This document shows, piece by piece, positions 8,844 to 19,100 of a stretch of DNA of 64,000 nucleotides (the stretch's first letter is position 1; each line of letters opens with the position of its first letter). Source of the stretch: Gemmatimonadota bacterium (GTDB lineage Bacteria; Gemmatimonadota; Gemmatimonadetes; Gemmatimonadales; GWC2-71-9); NCBI GenBank assembly GCA_025357945.1, contig JANYLJ010000045.1:10392-74391 (forward strand), given 5' to 3'. Both the position numbers and the translations under genes were made by a program. A model generated the notes under the pieces. That model did not search any database and was not told where the DNA came from. It saw only the letters and a list, made by a program, of their open reading frames with translations.

Positions 8844-10026
8844 CCACCATTCCGCCGTACGCCGCGAGGGTGCGACCCAGCCGGGTCACGGCTTCGCGCA
8901 GCCTCGCCGGCGGGACCGTCAACGCGATCCGGAAGAAGCCCTCGCCACCTGGCCCAAACCCGCTGCCGGGTAACGTGACGACACCTTCTTCCTCGAGCGC
9001 GCGCGAGGTGAACTGCGCCGACGGCAATCCCGCCGGCAGCGGAACCCAGACATACATCGCCGCCTTGGGCGACGCCACGGTGAATCCCGCCTCGGTGAGT
9101 GCGCTCACCGCAGCATCACGACGGCGGGTCAACTCCGCCACGATCGGACGGTTGAGTTCCTCGGCGTGGTCGAGCGTCCACGCTGACGCCTGTTGCAAGG
9201 CCAGGAACGGCCCGGTATCGACGTAACTCTTGACCTTGTTCAGCGCGCCGATCAGCCCGGCGCACCCGACGGCGAAACCGAGTCGCCAGCCCGTCATCTG
9301 GAACGCCTTGGACATCGAGAAGAATTCCACCGCGACGTCGCGCGCATCGGGGATCTCGAAAATGCTCGGCGCGACATAGCCGTCGAACGTGATGTCGCAG
9401 TACGCGTTGTCGTACGCGAGCACGATCCCGTGCGTGCGGCACGACGCCACGAGTCGCTCGAGATATTGCCGGGGTGCGATGGCACCCGTGGGGTTGTTCG
9501 GATAGTTGACGTACACCACCTTGGCCCGCCGCAGCGTCTCCGGCGGCAACTGCTCCAGCTCGACCAGGAACTGATTCTCCGGGCGCAGCGGCACTTTCAC
9601 GGGCTCGGCCCCTGAAAGGATCGCACCACCGATATACGCCTGATACCCGGGCTCCGGAATGATTGCCACATCACCCGGATTACACACAGCGAACGCCAGG
9701 TGCGACAGGCCCTCCTTCGATCCGATCAGCGGCAGCATCTCCGTGTCGGCATCGAAGGTCTGACCGAAGCGGCGGCCGACCCAACGGACGGCAGCCTCCC
9801 GAAACGCCGGCAGTCCTTGCTGGAAACCGTACTTGTGCAGCGCCGTCACGTTCAGGGCTTCGCGCAGCGCGTCGATCGTCGCTGCCGGCGGCGGGCCATC
9901 GGCATCGCCGGCGCCGAGGTCGATCACGTCCATCCCGGCGGCCAGGAGACGGCGCTTGATCGTGGGCATCTGCGCCATGGTGTACTCCGGCAGCTGTGCC
10001 ACACGCTCGCTGATGCTGACCTTCAT
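8827..10026 (-). CDS. Class I/II PLP-dependent aminotransferase (AspC/DapL-like)
   Basis: The sequence includes VIDLGAGDADGPPP, YVNYPNNPTGA, and SMSKAFQMTGWRLGF with the PLP lysine context. Confidence 0.85.
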   Translation of the reverse strand: MKVSISERVAQLPEYTMAQMPTIKRRLLAAGMDVIDLGAGDADGPPPAATIDALREALNVTALHKYGFQQGLPAFREAAVRWVGRRFGQTFDADTEMLPLIGSKEGLSHLAFAVCNPGDVAIIPEPGYQAYIGGAILSGAEPVKVPLRPENQFLVELEQLPPETLRRAKVVYVNYPNNPTGAIAPRQYLERLVASCRTHGIVLAYDNAYCDITFDGYVAPSIFEIPDARDVAVEFFSMSKAFQMTGWRLGFAVGCAGLIGALNKVKSYVDTGPFLALQQASAWTLDHAEELNRPIVAELTRRRDAAVSALTEAGFTVASPKAAMYVWVPLPAGLPSAQFTSRALEEEGVVTLPGSGFGPGGEGFFRIALTVPPARLREAVTRLGRTLAAYGGMVGAGAG

Positions 10027-10646
10027 GCGTCCTCGCCGATGACCGGATTGCGCAGCGCACCAATTCCCGGAATCTCGACCTCAACGACGTCGCCCGCCTG
10101 CATCCGGCCGACTCCCTCAGGGGTGCCGGTGAGGATCAGGTCGCCGGGCTCGAGCGTCATGATGTGACTGATGTATTCGATGAGTACCGGAATACTGAAC
10201 ACCATGTCGCGGGTGTGCCCGCGTTGCCGCTCCTCGCCGTTGAGCCGCCCGATCACCTCGAGCCTGCCCCAGTCGAGCCCTTCGGCGACCACCGGCCCCA
10301 CGGCACAGAACGTGTCGAAGCCCTTGGCGCGGCCCCACTGCCCGTCGGTCTTCTGCAGGTCGCGGGCACTGACATCGTTCGCGCATGTGAAACCGCGGAC
10401 GTACGCCATCGCATCACGCTCACGGACCTTGCGGGCTCGCTTGCCAATCACCACGCCGATCTCCGCTTCGTATTCCACCTGCTGCGACGCGGCGGGCAGC
10501 ACGATGGCGTCGCCCGGGCCAATCAGCGACGACGGCGGCTTGAAGAAGAGCAGGGGCTCCCTGGGAACCTCGTTGCCAAGCTCGCGGGCGTGGGCGGCAT
10601 AGTTGCGCCCCACGCACACGATCTTGGTCGGTTGCACCACCGTCAT
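10023..10646 (-). CDS. Fumarylacetoacetate hydrolase (FAH) family protein
   Basis: The sequence includes KIVCVGRNYAAHARELG, PLLFFKPPSS, EAEIGVVIG and PGDLILTGTPEGVG. Confidence 0.88.
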   Translation of the reverse strand: MTVVQPTKIVCVGRNYAAHARELGNEVPREPLLFFKPPSSLIGPGDAIVLPAASQQVEYEAEIGVVIGKRARKVRERDAMAYVRGFTCANDVSARDLQKTDGQWGRAKGFDTFCAVGPVVAEGLDWGRLEVIGRLNGEERQRGHTRDMVFSIPVLIEYISHIMTLEPGDLILTGTPEGVGRMQAGDVVEVEIPGIGALRNPVIGEDA

Positions 10647-13150
10647 GTCGCCGCTCCGATGCCGTGCCTGGCAAAAAAGTCTTCACACTTCGTGCGTACC
10701 TGCGCCCAGGATCCGATCACCCGCTCGGCGGGCGGCAGGCCCTCCAGGAGCATCGGGCCATAACGCCGCGTGACCACGCGGCGATCGAGCAGCAACACCA
10801 CGCCGACATCGTTCGCGCCACGAATCAGGCGACCAAACCCCTGCTTCAGCTTCAGCGCGGCGTGAGGAAGCAGGTAGCCGAAAAAGCCATCCTCACCCTG
10901 CTCCGCCAGCCGTTCCAACCGGGCGGCCGTGATCGGCTCCGAGGGAACCTTGAAAGGTAGCTTGGCCAGCACGAGCCCACGCAGGGCACGGCCGGGAACG
11001 TCGACACCCTCCCAGAAGGAATTGGTGCCGAGGAGGATGGCGTTGCCCGCCTCGCGAAAACGGCGGAGCAGGTGATCGCGCTGCCCCTCACCCTGCACCA
11101 GAATCGGGAACCGGTGTCCCAGCTCGTGGCGAACCGCGACGGCCACCCGCCGGAGTGCGGCGTGGGAGGTGAACAATACGAAGATCCCACCATCGCTCGC
11201 CCAGGCGAGGTCGCGGACCACTTGCGCCACCGCGGCATCGTGCCCGGGCTCGTCCTCACGCGGGTCGGGAATGTCGTCGGGCACGCCGAGCAGGCAGTGC
11301 TCCTCGTAGGGGAACGGTGAGGGGAACATCTCCTGCACGGTCACCGGCGACCCTTCGCCGGCGAGCCCGATGCGGGAGGCGAGAAAGGAAAACTCACCGC
11401 CGGCGGCGAGCGTGGCACTGGTGAGCGCCACGGTATCCAATCGATCGAACAGCAGCTCGCGCAGCATCGGCGCGAGATCCAGCGGGACTGCGGCGAGCTG
11501 CAGCGTCTGCGCCCTGGCACCGGTGCGCTCCATCCACCGCACCTCGGGAGGTCGCCCCGTCGCCGGGCGCAGCGTAGCATTCAGCCCGTCGATCATCGAT
11601 TCGAGCCGGCGCACCACCCCGCGACATTCGCCAAGCAATTGCGCCCGCCGGTCGGTCATCTCGATCTGCGTCATGCGATCCGCGACGGTTTCGACCAGCT
11701 CCGCGACCGTACGGCAGCCGGCGACCGTGTGCTCAAGCTCGCGCGTGAGTCCCGCGGCCCAGATCGGGTGTCGCCCGAAATCGTCGTCGAGACGAAACTG
11801 TCCTGCGGGCCCCGACGCGACGTGATCGAACAATCGGAGGAACAGCGCTTCAGCCGCCGTCCGCGCCTGGGCGACTGCCGGAATCAATCGCTCCCGCAAA
11901 AGGTCGAGCGACGCGCGGTTGAGCAGGTCGTCGGCACTGGCGAGGTCGTGCTGCAATGCCGGCAGCAATCCCTTGCCGCGACTCCGCTCGAGTCGATTCA
12001 GCAGTCGCTGCACGCCGCGGCTCGACACCTGCACACCGAGGTGTCCGGCCGCGACATCCTCGAGATGGTGCGCCTCGTCAAGGATGAGTCGCTTGTACGC
12101 CGGCAGGACCGCGGCCGCTTCCCAGTTGTCCGATGCCTGCCGCACCGCCAGGTCGGCCGCGAGCAGGTGATGATTGACGACGACGACATCGGCCTGCGCC
12201 GCACGCCGACGGGCCTGGAACACGAAGCAGCGATCGAAGTGCGGGCAACGGAGGCGGGTGCAGAGGTCGGCCTCCGCGGCGACTTCGTCCCACACCTCGC
12301 TCGACGGCTGGACGGCCAAGTCGGCGAGCGTGCCGTCGCTCGTATGCGCCGCCCACGCGGTGATGTTCAGCAACTCCTCGAGCTTCTCCCCTTCCAGGAG
12401 CGTGTGCTGGTTGGCGGTCGCCGTGTCGAGCCGCAAGCGGCAGAGATAATTCCGCCATCCCTTCAGCAACGCGAACGTCGGTTCGTGCTCGTCGTCGGTG
12501 AGTGCGCGTCGGAGCAGCGGGAGGTCCTTCCCCACCAGCTGTTCCTGCAGGTTGATCGTATTGGTCGACACCACGGTGCGCTCACCGTTGGCGCGGGCCC
12601 AGGCCAGCGCTGGCACCAGGTAGGCGAACGACTTGCCCACGCCGGTGCCGGCCTCCAGCAGCAGTACGCCGCCATCGTTGTAGCCATCCACGAGATGGGC
12701 CGACAGGTCGCGTTGGCTCTGGCGGTCCTCGTAACTGCCGAGTTCGCGCGCGATCGGTCCGTGCTCGCCGAGAAGTGCGATGACGTCGAACGGATCGAGG
12801 CGCGTCACCGGCTTCGCCTTGGGCACCTCGACCACGACGAACAGGCGTTCGCCGTCGTTGTCCACAATGCCGAAGCCGATGCCATCGTCGTGGGCGCGCG
12901 CGGCGATCGACAGGTCCGCCATCGATGGTTCGAGGCGGCCCGTCGGGTGGTTGTGTAGCAGCATCTCGCCGCGCTGTGCCACGCCGGGCAGGGCGAGCAC
13001 GCAGTCGACGGTGCCGCGGGCGACCGCGCGCGCTGTAGTAAGCACGCCGGCGGCGTCAACGGTGGCCACGAAGGAGACTTCGGCGCCACCAGCCGCGCGG
13101 ATTTCGCGACGAATCAGTTCGCGGACGGCGAGCGCGAGGCGGTCTGTCAG
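10643..13150 (-). CDS. Fe-S DinG/XPD-family ATP-dependent DNA helicase with N-terminal RadC-like JAB/JAMM domain
   Basis: The JAMM signature is HNHPTGRLEPSMAD. Walker A is EAGTGVGKS and the DEAH box is LDEAHHL. The Cys cluster is NYLC...CTRLRCPHFDRC, and the helicase C-domain contains NSFWEGVDVPG. The only in-frame ATG (13303) lies 157 nt inside the upstream gene, so the start is placed at the CTG at 13150 overlapping the upstream TGA. The start is uncertain. Confidence 0.8.
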   Translation of the reverse strand: MTDRLALAVRELIRREIRAAGGAEVSFVATVDAAGVLTTARAVARGTVDCVLALPGVAQRGEMLLHNHPTGRLEPSMADLSIAARAHDDGIGFGIVDNDGERLFVVVEVPKAKPVTRLDPFDVIALLGEHGPIARELGSYEDRQSQRDLSAHLVDGYNDGGVLLLEAGTGVGKSFAYLVPALAWARANGERTVVSTNTINLQEQLVGKDLPLLRRALTDDEHEPTFALLKGWRNYLCRLRLDTATANQHTLLEGEKLEELLNITAWAAHTSDGTLADLAVQPSSEVWDEVAAEADLCTRLRCPHFDRCFVFQARRRAAQADVVVVNHHLLAADLAVRQASDNWEAAAVLPAYKRLILDEAHHLEDVAAGHLGVQVSSRGVQRLLNRLERSRGKGLLPALQHDLASADDLLNRASLDLLRERLIPAVAQARTAAEALFLRLFDHVASGPAGQFRLDDDFGRHPIWAAGLTRELEHTVAGCRTVAELVETVADRMTQIEMTDRRAQLLGECRGVVRRLESMIDGLNATLRPATGRPPEVRWMERTGARAQTLQLAAVPLDLAPMLRELLFDRLDTVALTSATLAAGGEFSFLASRIGLAGEGSPVTVQEMFPSPFPYEEHCLLGVPDDIPDPREDEPGHDAAVAQVVRDLAWASDGGIFVLFTSHAALRRVAVAVRHELGHRFPILVQGEGQRDHLLRRFREAGNAILLGTNSFWEGVDVPGRALRGLVLAKLPFKVPSEPITAARLERLAEQGEDGFFGYLLPHAALKLKQGFGRLIRGANDVGVVLLLDRRVVTRRYGPMLLEGLPPAERVIGSWAQVRTKCEDFFARHGIGAAT

Positions 13151-14442
13151 GTCTTCAGCTCTTTCTTTTTCGCGGCCGGAAAGAGGACATTGTTCAGGAT
13201 CAACCGGTATCCGGGCGAATGGGGATGCAGCGACAGGTCGGTCGGCGCATTGCCGATGGCATGCTGAGGATCCTCGGGGTCGTGGCCACCGAAAAACGTC
13301 CACGTCCCCCGGCCGTGCTCACCGTGGACGTACTTGACCCACGGCGCCGCCGGTTCGTCGGCCAGGATCACCACGTCGGCCTTGAGGCGGGTGCGCCGGA
13401 ACGAACTGGTGAGGCCGTAGAAGTCCGGGATCACCTGGCGGTGGTTCTGCACCAGCATCGTGGCCACCGGATCGATCTTGGCCGAAAAGTTGAACAGGTC
13501 GAACGCGCCGAGTGGCTGCCGGTCGGGGCTGTTGACCTGGTGGCCGTCGATGTCGCTGAACACCGCCAGCGAGGGCGACAACTCCAGTTGCGCATCGCGG
13601 AACGCCAGCGCCTTCTCCCAGTGCATCTTGCTCGAGGCGAGCGGATCCATCGGCGTGCCGTCGGCGTACGCCGCCGCGATGTCGACGCCTTCGCTGGCGA
13701 GGGCGAGATCGAGCGTCTCGGTCGCCGTGCACATCGCGAACAGAAAGCCACCGCGTTCCACGAACGCCGCGATCCGCTGCGCCACGGCGCGCTTGAGCTC
13801 CGGGGTGTTGGCGAAGCCGAGCTGTGCCGCGGTGTGCTGGTGGAGCTGTATCATTGCCTGCAGCCACGGCGCGCCAGCCGACGTGATCGCGAACTTGGAG
13901 TACTGGCCGGTGAAATCCTCGTGGTGCAGGTGAAGCCAGTCGAACGCCACCAGGCCGCTCGCCATCACCTCGGGATCCCACACCCGCTGGAACTGGATCC
14001 CGGCGTAGTTCAGGACCATGGTGACCGCATCGTCCCACGGCGCCGCGTCGGGCGGCGCATATACGGCGACCTTGGGGACCTTCTCCAGCGGGATCGCGTC
14101 CATGTTGCTGCCCTGGATCTCACCCCGGATTGCGATGACCGCGGCGTCGTCTACTCGCTCCACCGTCACGCCAGCGAGGGCGGCATCCCGCAACACCGCA
14201 TCCGATGCCGGCAGCAGGAATGACCCATTGCGATAGTTCAGGCACCACTCGCCGCGGTCGCCGTACTCGAGCGCACGAAACGCCAGACCATACGCCTTGA
14301 GATGTTCATCCTGCGCATCGTCCATCGGGATGAGCACCGAACTCGCCCGTGAACTGTCGCCGCGAATCCAGCTGCGCCGCGGCAGGAAGAGTCCGGCGCT
14401 CGTCGTCAATGCGGTCCCGACAAATTCCCGCCGCCGCATCAC
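13147..14442 (-). CDS. Tat-signal periplasmic protein, class-I glutamine-amidotransferase-like fold (family I recall being mislabelled asparagine synthetase B in databases)
   Basis: The N-terminus MMRRREFVGTALTTSAGLFLP is twin-arginine-like. KAYGLAFRALEYG...WCLNYRNGSFLL and ERGGFLFAMCTATE resemble a GATase1/ThuA-like family. The functional call is an inference from memory of homologues. Confidence 0.6.
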   Translation of the reverse strand: MMRRREFVGTALTTSAGLFLPRRSWIRGDSSRASSVLIPMDDAQDEHLKAYGLAFRALEYGDRGEWCLNYRNGSFLLPASDAVLRDAALAGVTVERVDDAAVIAIRGEIQGSNMDAIPLEKVPKVAVYAPPDAAPWDDAVTMVLNYAGIQFQRVWDPEVMASGLVAFDWLHLHHEDFTGQYSKFAITSAGAPWLQAMIQLHQHTAAQLGFANTPELKRAVAQRIAAFVERGGFLFAMCTATETLDLALASEGVDIAAAYADGTPMDPLASSKMHWEKALAFRDAQLELSPSLAVFSDIDGHQVNSPDRQPLGAFDLFNFSAKIDPVATMLVQNHRQVIPDFYGLTSSFRRTRLKADVVILADEPAAPWVKYVHGEHGRGTWTFFGGHDPEDPQHAIGNAPTDLSLHPHSPGYRLILNNVLFPAAKKKELKT

Positions 14443-16181
14443 CCGCCTCCCGCGGGAACGGCGCCGCGAATCGTGTCGCGCAGGCGTCGCGCCTCGGGCA
14501 CGAGCGCGCTGTCGGGAAAGTCAAGGATCAACTGTTCGAGCATCGTGCGCGCCGCGTCCGTGTGCCCGCCAGCGAGGCTGATACGCGCGAGCTCGAGCCG
14601 CGCCGCGGCGGCCGTCGCCGGCATCTCCCGCACGTTCGCCCGCTCCAGCAGGTGCACCGCCGTGCTACTGTCACGGTGGGCGAGCGCGATGCGCCCCGCG
14701 AGCAAACGGGTTTCCGCCGCGCCAGCCACCGTGAACGTCGCCGCAAGTTCCGTGAGCTCGGCCGTCGCGCGCGCGGAATCACCCCGTTCGAGCGCAAGCA
14801 GCGCGTTTCCGAGCGCCCGCGATGAGTCCACACCAATCGCCTGAATCAACGAGAGCAAGGCAACCCGTTCGAGCGCCTGGTCCCGTTCGTCGTCGTAGGG
14901 TCCCGCCACTTTGAGCAGGTCGTTCGCCCCGGCCAGATCGCCGCGGAACAGGTGCAGGCGGCCGCGGAGGTCGAACCCGTCGGTGCTGGAGTCGGCGGCG
15001 ATCATCGTCTCCGCGTGCGCGAAGTCGCCACCGCGCACCCACGCCATCGCGATCCGCCGGGCCAGGCGGTCGTGCTCGTCCGCGCCGACGTTCTGTCCCA
15101 GTTCCGCCAGCACTCGCTCGGCGTCGGCCGCCTTCCCTTCCGCGATCAACACACCGAGCAGCGTCGCGGACGCCGCCGTGGCCATGCCACCCGGTGCCGC
15201 CGGATTGCTGGCGACCAGGGCCAGCAGACGCCGCGCATTGCGCTCGTCGCCGGCATCGGCGTAGGTACGCGCCGCGTCCATCAGCGAGCGAATGGCAGCA
15301 GCGCTGCTCTCACGCGCCGCGATGGCTTCCAGCGTGGCCGCACTCGCCAGACGCGAAGGCCTGTCGTCGCGCGCGCGGAGCGCCTCGAACAGCTGGCGCA
15401 ACAGATTGGTCGCACCGGTGGAATCGGCCGGGAGTGCCGCGCGAACCATCGCGGCACCTTCCGTCGGCTGGCCCCAGTGGGTCAGCAGAAGCCCGAGCAT
15501 CTGTCGCGCGTCGGGCGAACCATCCTTTTGCAACGCGTCGCGCGCGACCGGACGCTGTCCGGGTGGTACCTGGGCTAGCATACCCACGGCGCCGTCGCGG
15601 AAGGGCGGCGTCGCCCGCACCACCACGATCCATTCCCGTACGGCACCGGCGACGTCACCCGAACGCTGCAACAGTTCCGCGCGTTCGATGCCCAACGCCG
15701 TGGGACCCATCCGCTGGCGTCCCACGTCGAGCGCAAGCTTCGCCTGCACGAGATCGCGGGCAACCAGCGCCGCATCCGACCATTCCCGGTACGGGTCGCC
15801 ATCGTTCGGGGAACGCGCCGCCCAGCGGTCCACGTACCTCCGGGCCGAGTCGGCGTGGCCAGTCGACGCGAAGTTGCGCACCGCCACACCGAGGATCCCG
15901 ATGCTGGTGGAATCCGCGACGAGCGCCTGTTGCACCAACGGCGTCAGGTCGGCCCGGCGATCGAGCTTCGGCAACACGTGCTCCATTCCGATCAGCGCGC
16001 CGAGGTTCGCGGGCTGCGTCTTCAGGATCGCGGCATACTGCGCCGCGGCATCGGCGTAGGCACCGTTGCGTTCCGCCATCGTCGCCCGTCCCAGCGGGGT
16101 GCTGGTACTGTTCGTCACCTGGGCCTGCGCCGGCAGGCCCAGGGGAATCAGCAGAATCACGACGCATGCCACCCGCTTCAT
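14439..16181 (-). CDS. Secreted TPR-repeat protein
   Basis: The start is taken at MKRVACVVILLIPLGLPAQA, an ATGA overlap with the upstream stop at 16178. The rest is Ala/Leu/Arg-rich helical repeats throughout. Confidence 0.7.
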   Translation of the reverse strand: MKRVACVVILLIPLGLPAQAQVTNSTSTPLGRATMAERNGAYADAAAQYAAILKTQPANLGALIGMEHVLPKLDRRADLTPLVQQALVADSTSIGILGVAVRNFASTGHADSARRYVDRWAARSPNDGDPYREWSDAALVARDLVQAKLALDVGRQRMGPTALGIERAELLQRSGDVAGAVREWIVVVRATPPFRDGAVGMLAQVPPGQRPVARDALQKDGSPDARQMLGLLLTHWGQPTEGAAMVRAALPADSTGATNLLRQLFEALRARDDRPSRLASAATLEAIAARESSAAAIRSLMDAARTYADAGDERNARRLLALVASNPAAPGGMATAASATLLGVLIAEGKAADAERVLAELGQNVGADEHDRLARRIAMAWVRGGDFAHAETMIAADSSTDGFDLRGRLHLFRGDLAGANDLLKVAGPYDDERDQALERVALLSLIQAIGVDSSRALGNALLALERGDSARATAELTELAATFTVAGAAETRLLAGRIALAHRDSSTAVHLLERANVREMPATAAAARLELARISLAGGHTDAARTMLEQLILDFPDSALVPEARRLRDTIRGAVPAGGG

Positions 16182-19100
16182 GGCGGGGCCCGTTGCGTCA
16201 ACCGCTGGAAGTAGTCGGCGACGCGACGCCGCTCTTCGAGCGACAAACGCTGGAGCGATTCCCAACTCGGCAACCGGATCTCCCCGGTGCCGTTCCGAAT
16301 GCGCGGATCGAGCGGCGGCGGCACGCCGGGTGGCGCATCCTTGGCCGTGGTGCTCTGCCGTTCCTTCTTCTCGTCGTCCTCTTCGCCCTGCAGCGTGCGG
16401 CCGGCGTCGAGCATCCGCTTGAACAGTTTCTGCTGGCGATCCACGACATCCTGATTGAGCCGGCCGCCTGCCATCGTCCGTGACAATTCCTTCGCCTCGC
16501 GCGCCATCTGCCCGGCGCCCGGCAGTTGTCCTCCGGCGCGCATCCGCTCCATCTGCTGGGCCAGCGCGCGCTGTTGCATCGCCAGCTGCATGATCTGCTG
16601 GGCATTCATGGTCCCATGTTGCATCATGCCGGCGCCCTGCTGTGCCATCCGGCCTTGCTTGCCAGCCATCTGTTGCATCTGCTCGATCGCTTCGGGCACG
16701 CCGCTGCCGGATTGCGAGCCGTTCACCCTGTCCTTCGACTGCAGCAGCGAAAACGCCGCGACCGCGAGCGCATCCACTGCGTCACCGGCCTTTTCGGATG
16801 CGCCCCGCACGTTGGCGTTGACGCTGGCGACCGCATCGACGGCCTCGCGCATCAACCGGCGGGCCTGTGCGAAGGCGATCGCGGGCTGCGGTGACACCAG
16901 CGCGTTCATCGCAGCCACGGCGGTCATCTGCTGCATCAGCTTCGCGGCGCCCTCTTCCACCAGTCCCTGATCGATCCGGGTCTGCGGCACCATGGCGCCC
17001 TGCTGGAACGCCTGCGCGACCGCGAGCTGCCGCTGCGCCAATCGCGCTGTCTCCTGCAGCGCGCGATCCAGGGCCCGCTTGACCTCCGCGCGCATGTCCG
17101 CCGCCATGCGCTGGCGACTGTCGTCGATATCCTTCGCCAGCGGCGTCAGCTGCTCCTCCGCCTGCCTCGCCTGCTCCTGCGCCTCACCAGGCTTCCCCGC
17201 CTGGCTCGACTGCGCTGCCTGCTGCATTTTCCTCGCGGCACCATGCGCCTGCTGCGCTGCCTGTTGCAGCGGTTGGCCAGGCTGCGGTGCGGCGACCTGC
17301 TGCACCGCGCGCTCGAGCCCGGCGCCAAGCGAATCTGCCCGCTTCGCGAGGGCCTGCTCAGCCGCGCCCGTGGTGCCGCTGTCGCTCCGGCCGAGCTGGT
17401 CCGTCAGGTCGTGCTGCTCGCTGGCGAGCTGCTTGGCGTCCTTCGCCATGTTGGCGAGATCCGTCTCGAGCGCCGCGCGCTTGAACAATTCGCGCGCCTG
17501 ATCCAGCGCTTCCTTCAACTGCGCCTGCTGCCGGGCGAGGTCCTGCAACGACTGGCGCGTCCGGTCGGCGTCGAGCGCCTTCACGGCCTGCTGCAGCGCC
17601 GCGAGCTTGTCGCGCAACTCGGGCGACAGCGCCTTGTCGAGCAGCTTGCTGATCTCGTTGAGTTCGCGCGCAAGGGTGGTATCCGCGACGCCACTGCGTT
17701 CGGCGGCGTCACGCAACTCCTGCACCGACTGCTGCAGCTTGGCGGCATCGTCGAGCACTTTCTGTTGCGCCTGGGCCGCGGCGTCGGCCTTCCGCGCCGG
17801 CTCACTCGCCAGTGGGTCCTTCTGGCCGACGTCACCGAGCCGGGTGGTGCCGGCCTTCGGATCGGTGCGCTGCCGTTCCCGCGCCAGATCCTCTTCGGTG
17901 CGTTGCACGCGGGCGGCCTGTTTGCTGAGCGAATCGAAGGCCGTGACGGCCTGCACGGTTTGGCGAGACCGTGCCGCCCGCTGTTCCGCCTCGGTGAGCA
18001 TGCGAACGAGATACTCGTGCGACCGGCCAACATGCCGTGCCGGCGCGTTGTCCTGGGCAGTCGCCACGTAGCGGAGCGTGTCACCCGGCTTGAGCCCGAG
18101 CGCGGCGAGATCGACCATGGTCGCGAGCAGCGCGCGGTCGCCGCTGGGGGCGGGCAACGTCAGCGGCGTGCGCGTGACCGCACCGCTGGTACCCCGCCGG
18201 CTTTCGAGTGCGGCGCTTGTGATGCCATGGTCATCGCGGATGCCGATGACGAGCGCGAGCGACATCGACGCTACCGCCACGGTGTCGACCCCCGGCACTG
18301 GAATCTCGACGATCGGCGCGCTGTCGACGACAACCCGCACCGGCAACGAGGGCGCGTCCCCCTCGAGGGCGCCACCGTTGGCAGGCGTGATGGTGACCCG
18401 CCAGAGCCCCGATTCTCGCGGCGTGAGCTCACCGTGGAAGTTCGATCCGCTCACCGTGAGGGGGCTGCTGCCGGCCGGGCCAGAGAGTCGCACCGATCCG
18501 AGCGGCATTGTCGCGCGACCGTCGAGCGACAACCGCGTCCCTTCCGGAACGACGAGGGTATCGCCGGTGGTCGGCAGCGCTTCATCCTCGAGTCCGAGAT
18601 ACGCCGGATAGTGCGCCGTCGCGGTGAATGCGCCGAGGAACGCGGCGAGCCGGATACTGACGTGCACGTCTGGTGACTTGCGGCCACCGGCCTCGACCCG
18701 CGCGACGAGATCCGCTGCCAGCGGCAGCGTTGTGACACTCGCATTCCCGTCTGCGTCGAGTACCACGTCGGCGGTGCGCCATGGTTCGCCGGGCGCCCGC
18801 GTGAACAGCGTCGCGTGACGGTGGCCGATCACGGTGAGGTCGAGCACGGCCGGCTCGCCGCGCGCGACCGTCGCGGTGCGGGCGTGCAGCCGCACCGGCG
18901 CGATCAGCGCGCGCCACGCGCCGACCGGGTGCCACAGGCGCGCTGGTGCTCCAGTCGCCGGTCGCGCGGCGACGAGGCCGATGAGGGCGAACAGCAGCAC
19001 GCCCACGGCCTGACGACTTTGGTGTCGCTGGCGACGCATTGCGGGCAGCAGCGCGTCCGGACCGCGCGATGTCACTTCCTTCGCCCGTAACAGCGCGGCC

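Noticed and set aside
11639-12958. Long antisense or alternative-frame ORFs lie inside the helicase, TPR, DUF4175-like, prs, hppA, Omp85-fusion, S41 peptidase and DUF4105 genes. Examples are 11639-12958, 15194-16483, 17243-18676, 23978-25537, 27869-28942, 30924-32090, 39249-40487, 48144-49688 and 52857-54209.
   Set aside because: Each is opposite or out of frame with a gene that has clear family motifs. Their translations are Arg/Pro/Gly-rich with no domain signatures, as expected for shadow ORFs in GC-rich DNA.
13151-13303. An ATG at 13303 could serve as the helicase start, giving an 886-aa ORF.
   Set aside because: It would overlap the preceding gene by 157 nt. The added 51 residues (MDVFRWPRPRGSSACHRQCADRP...) look like out-of-frame translation of that gene rather than protein sequence.
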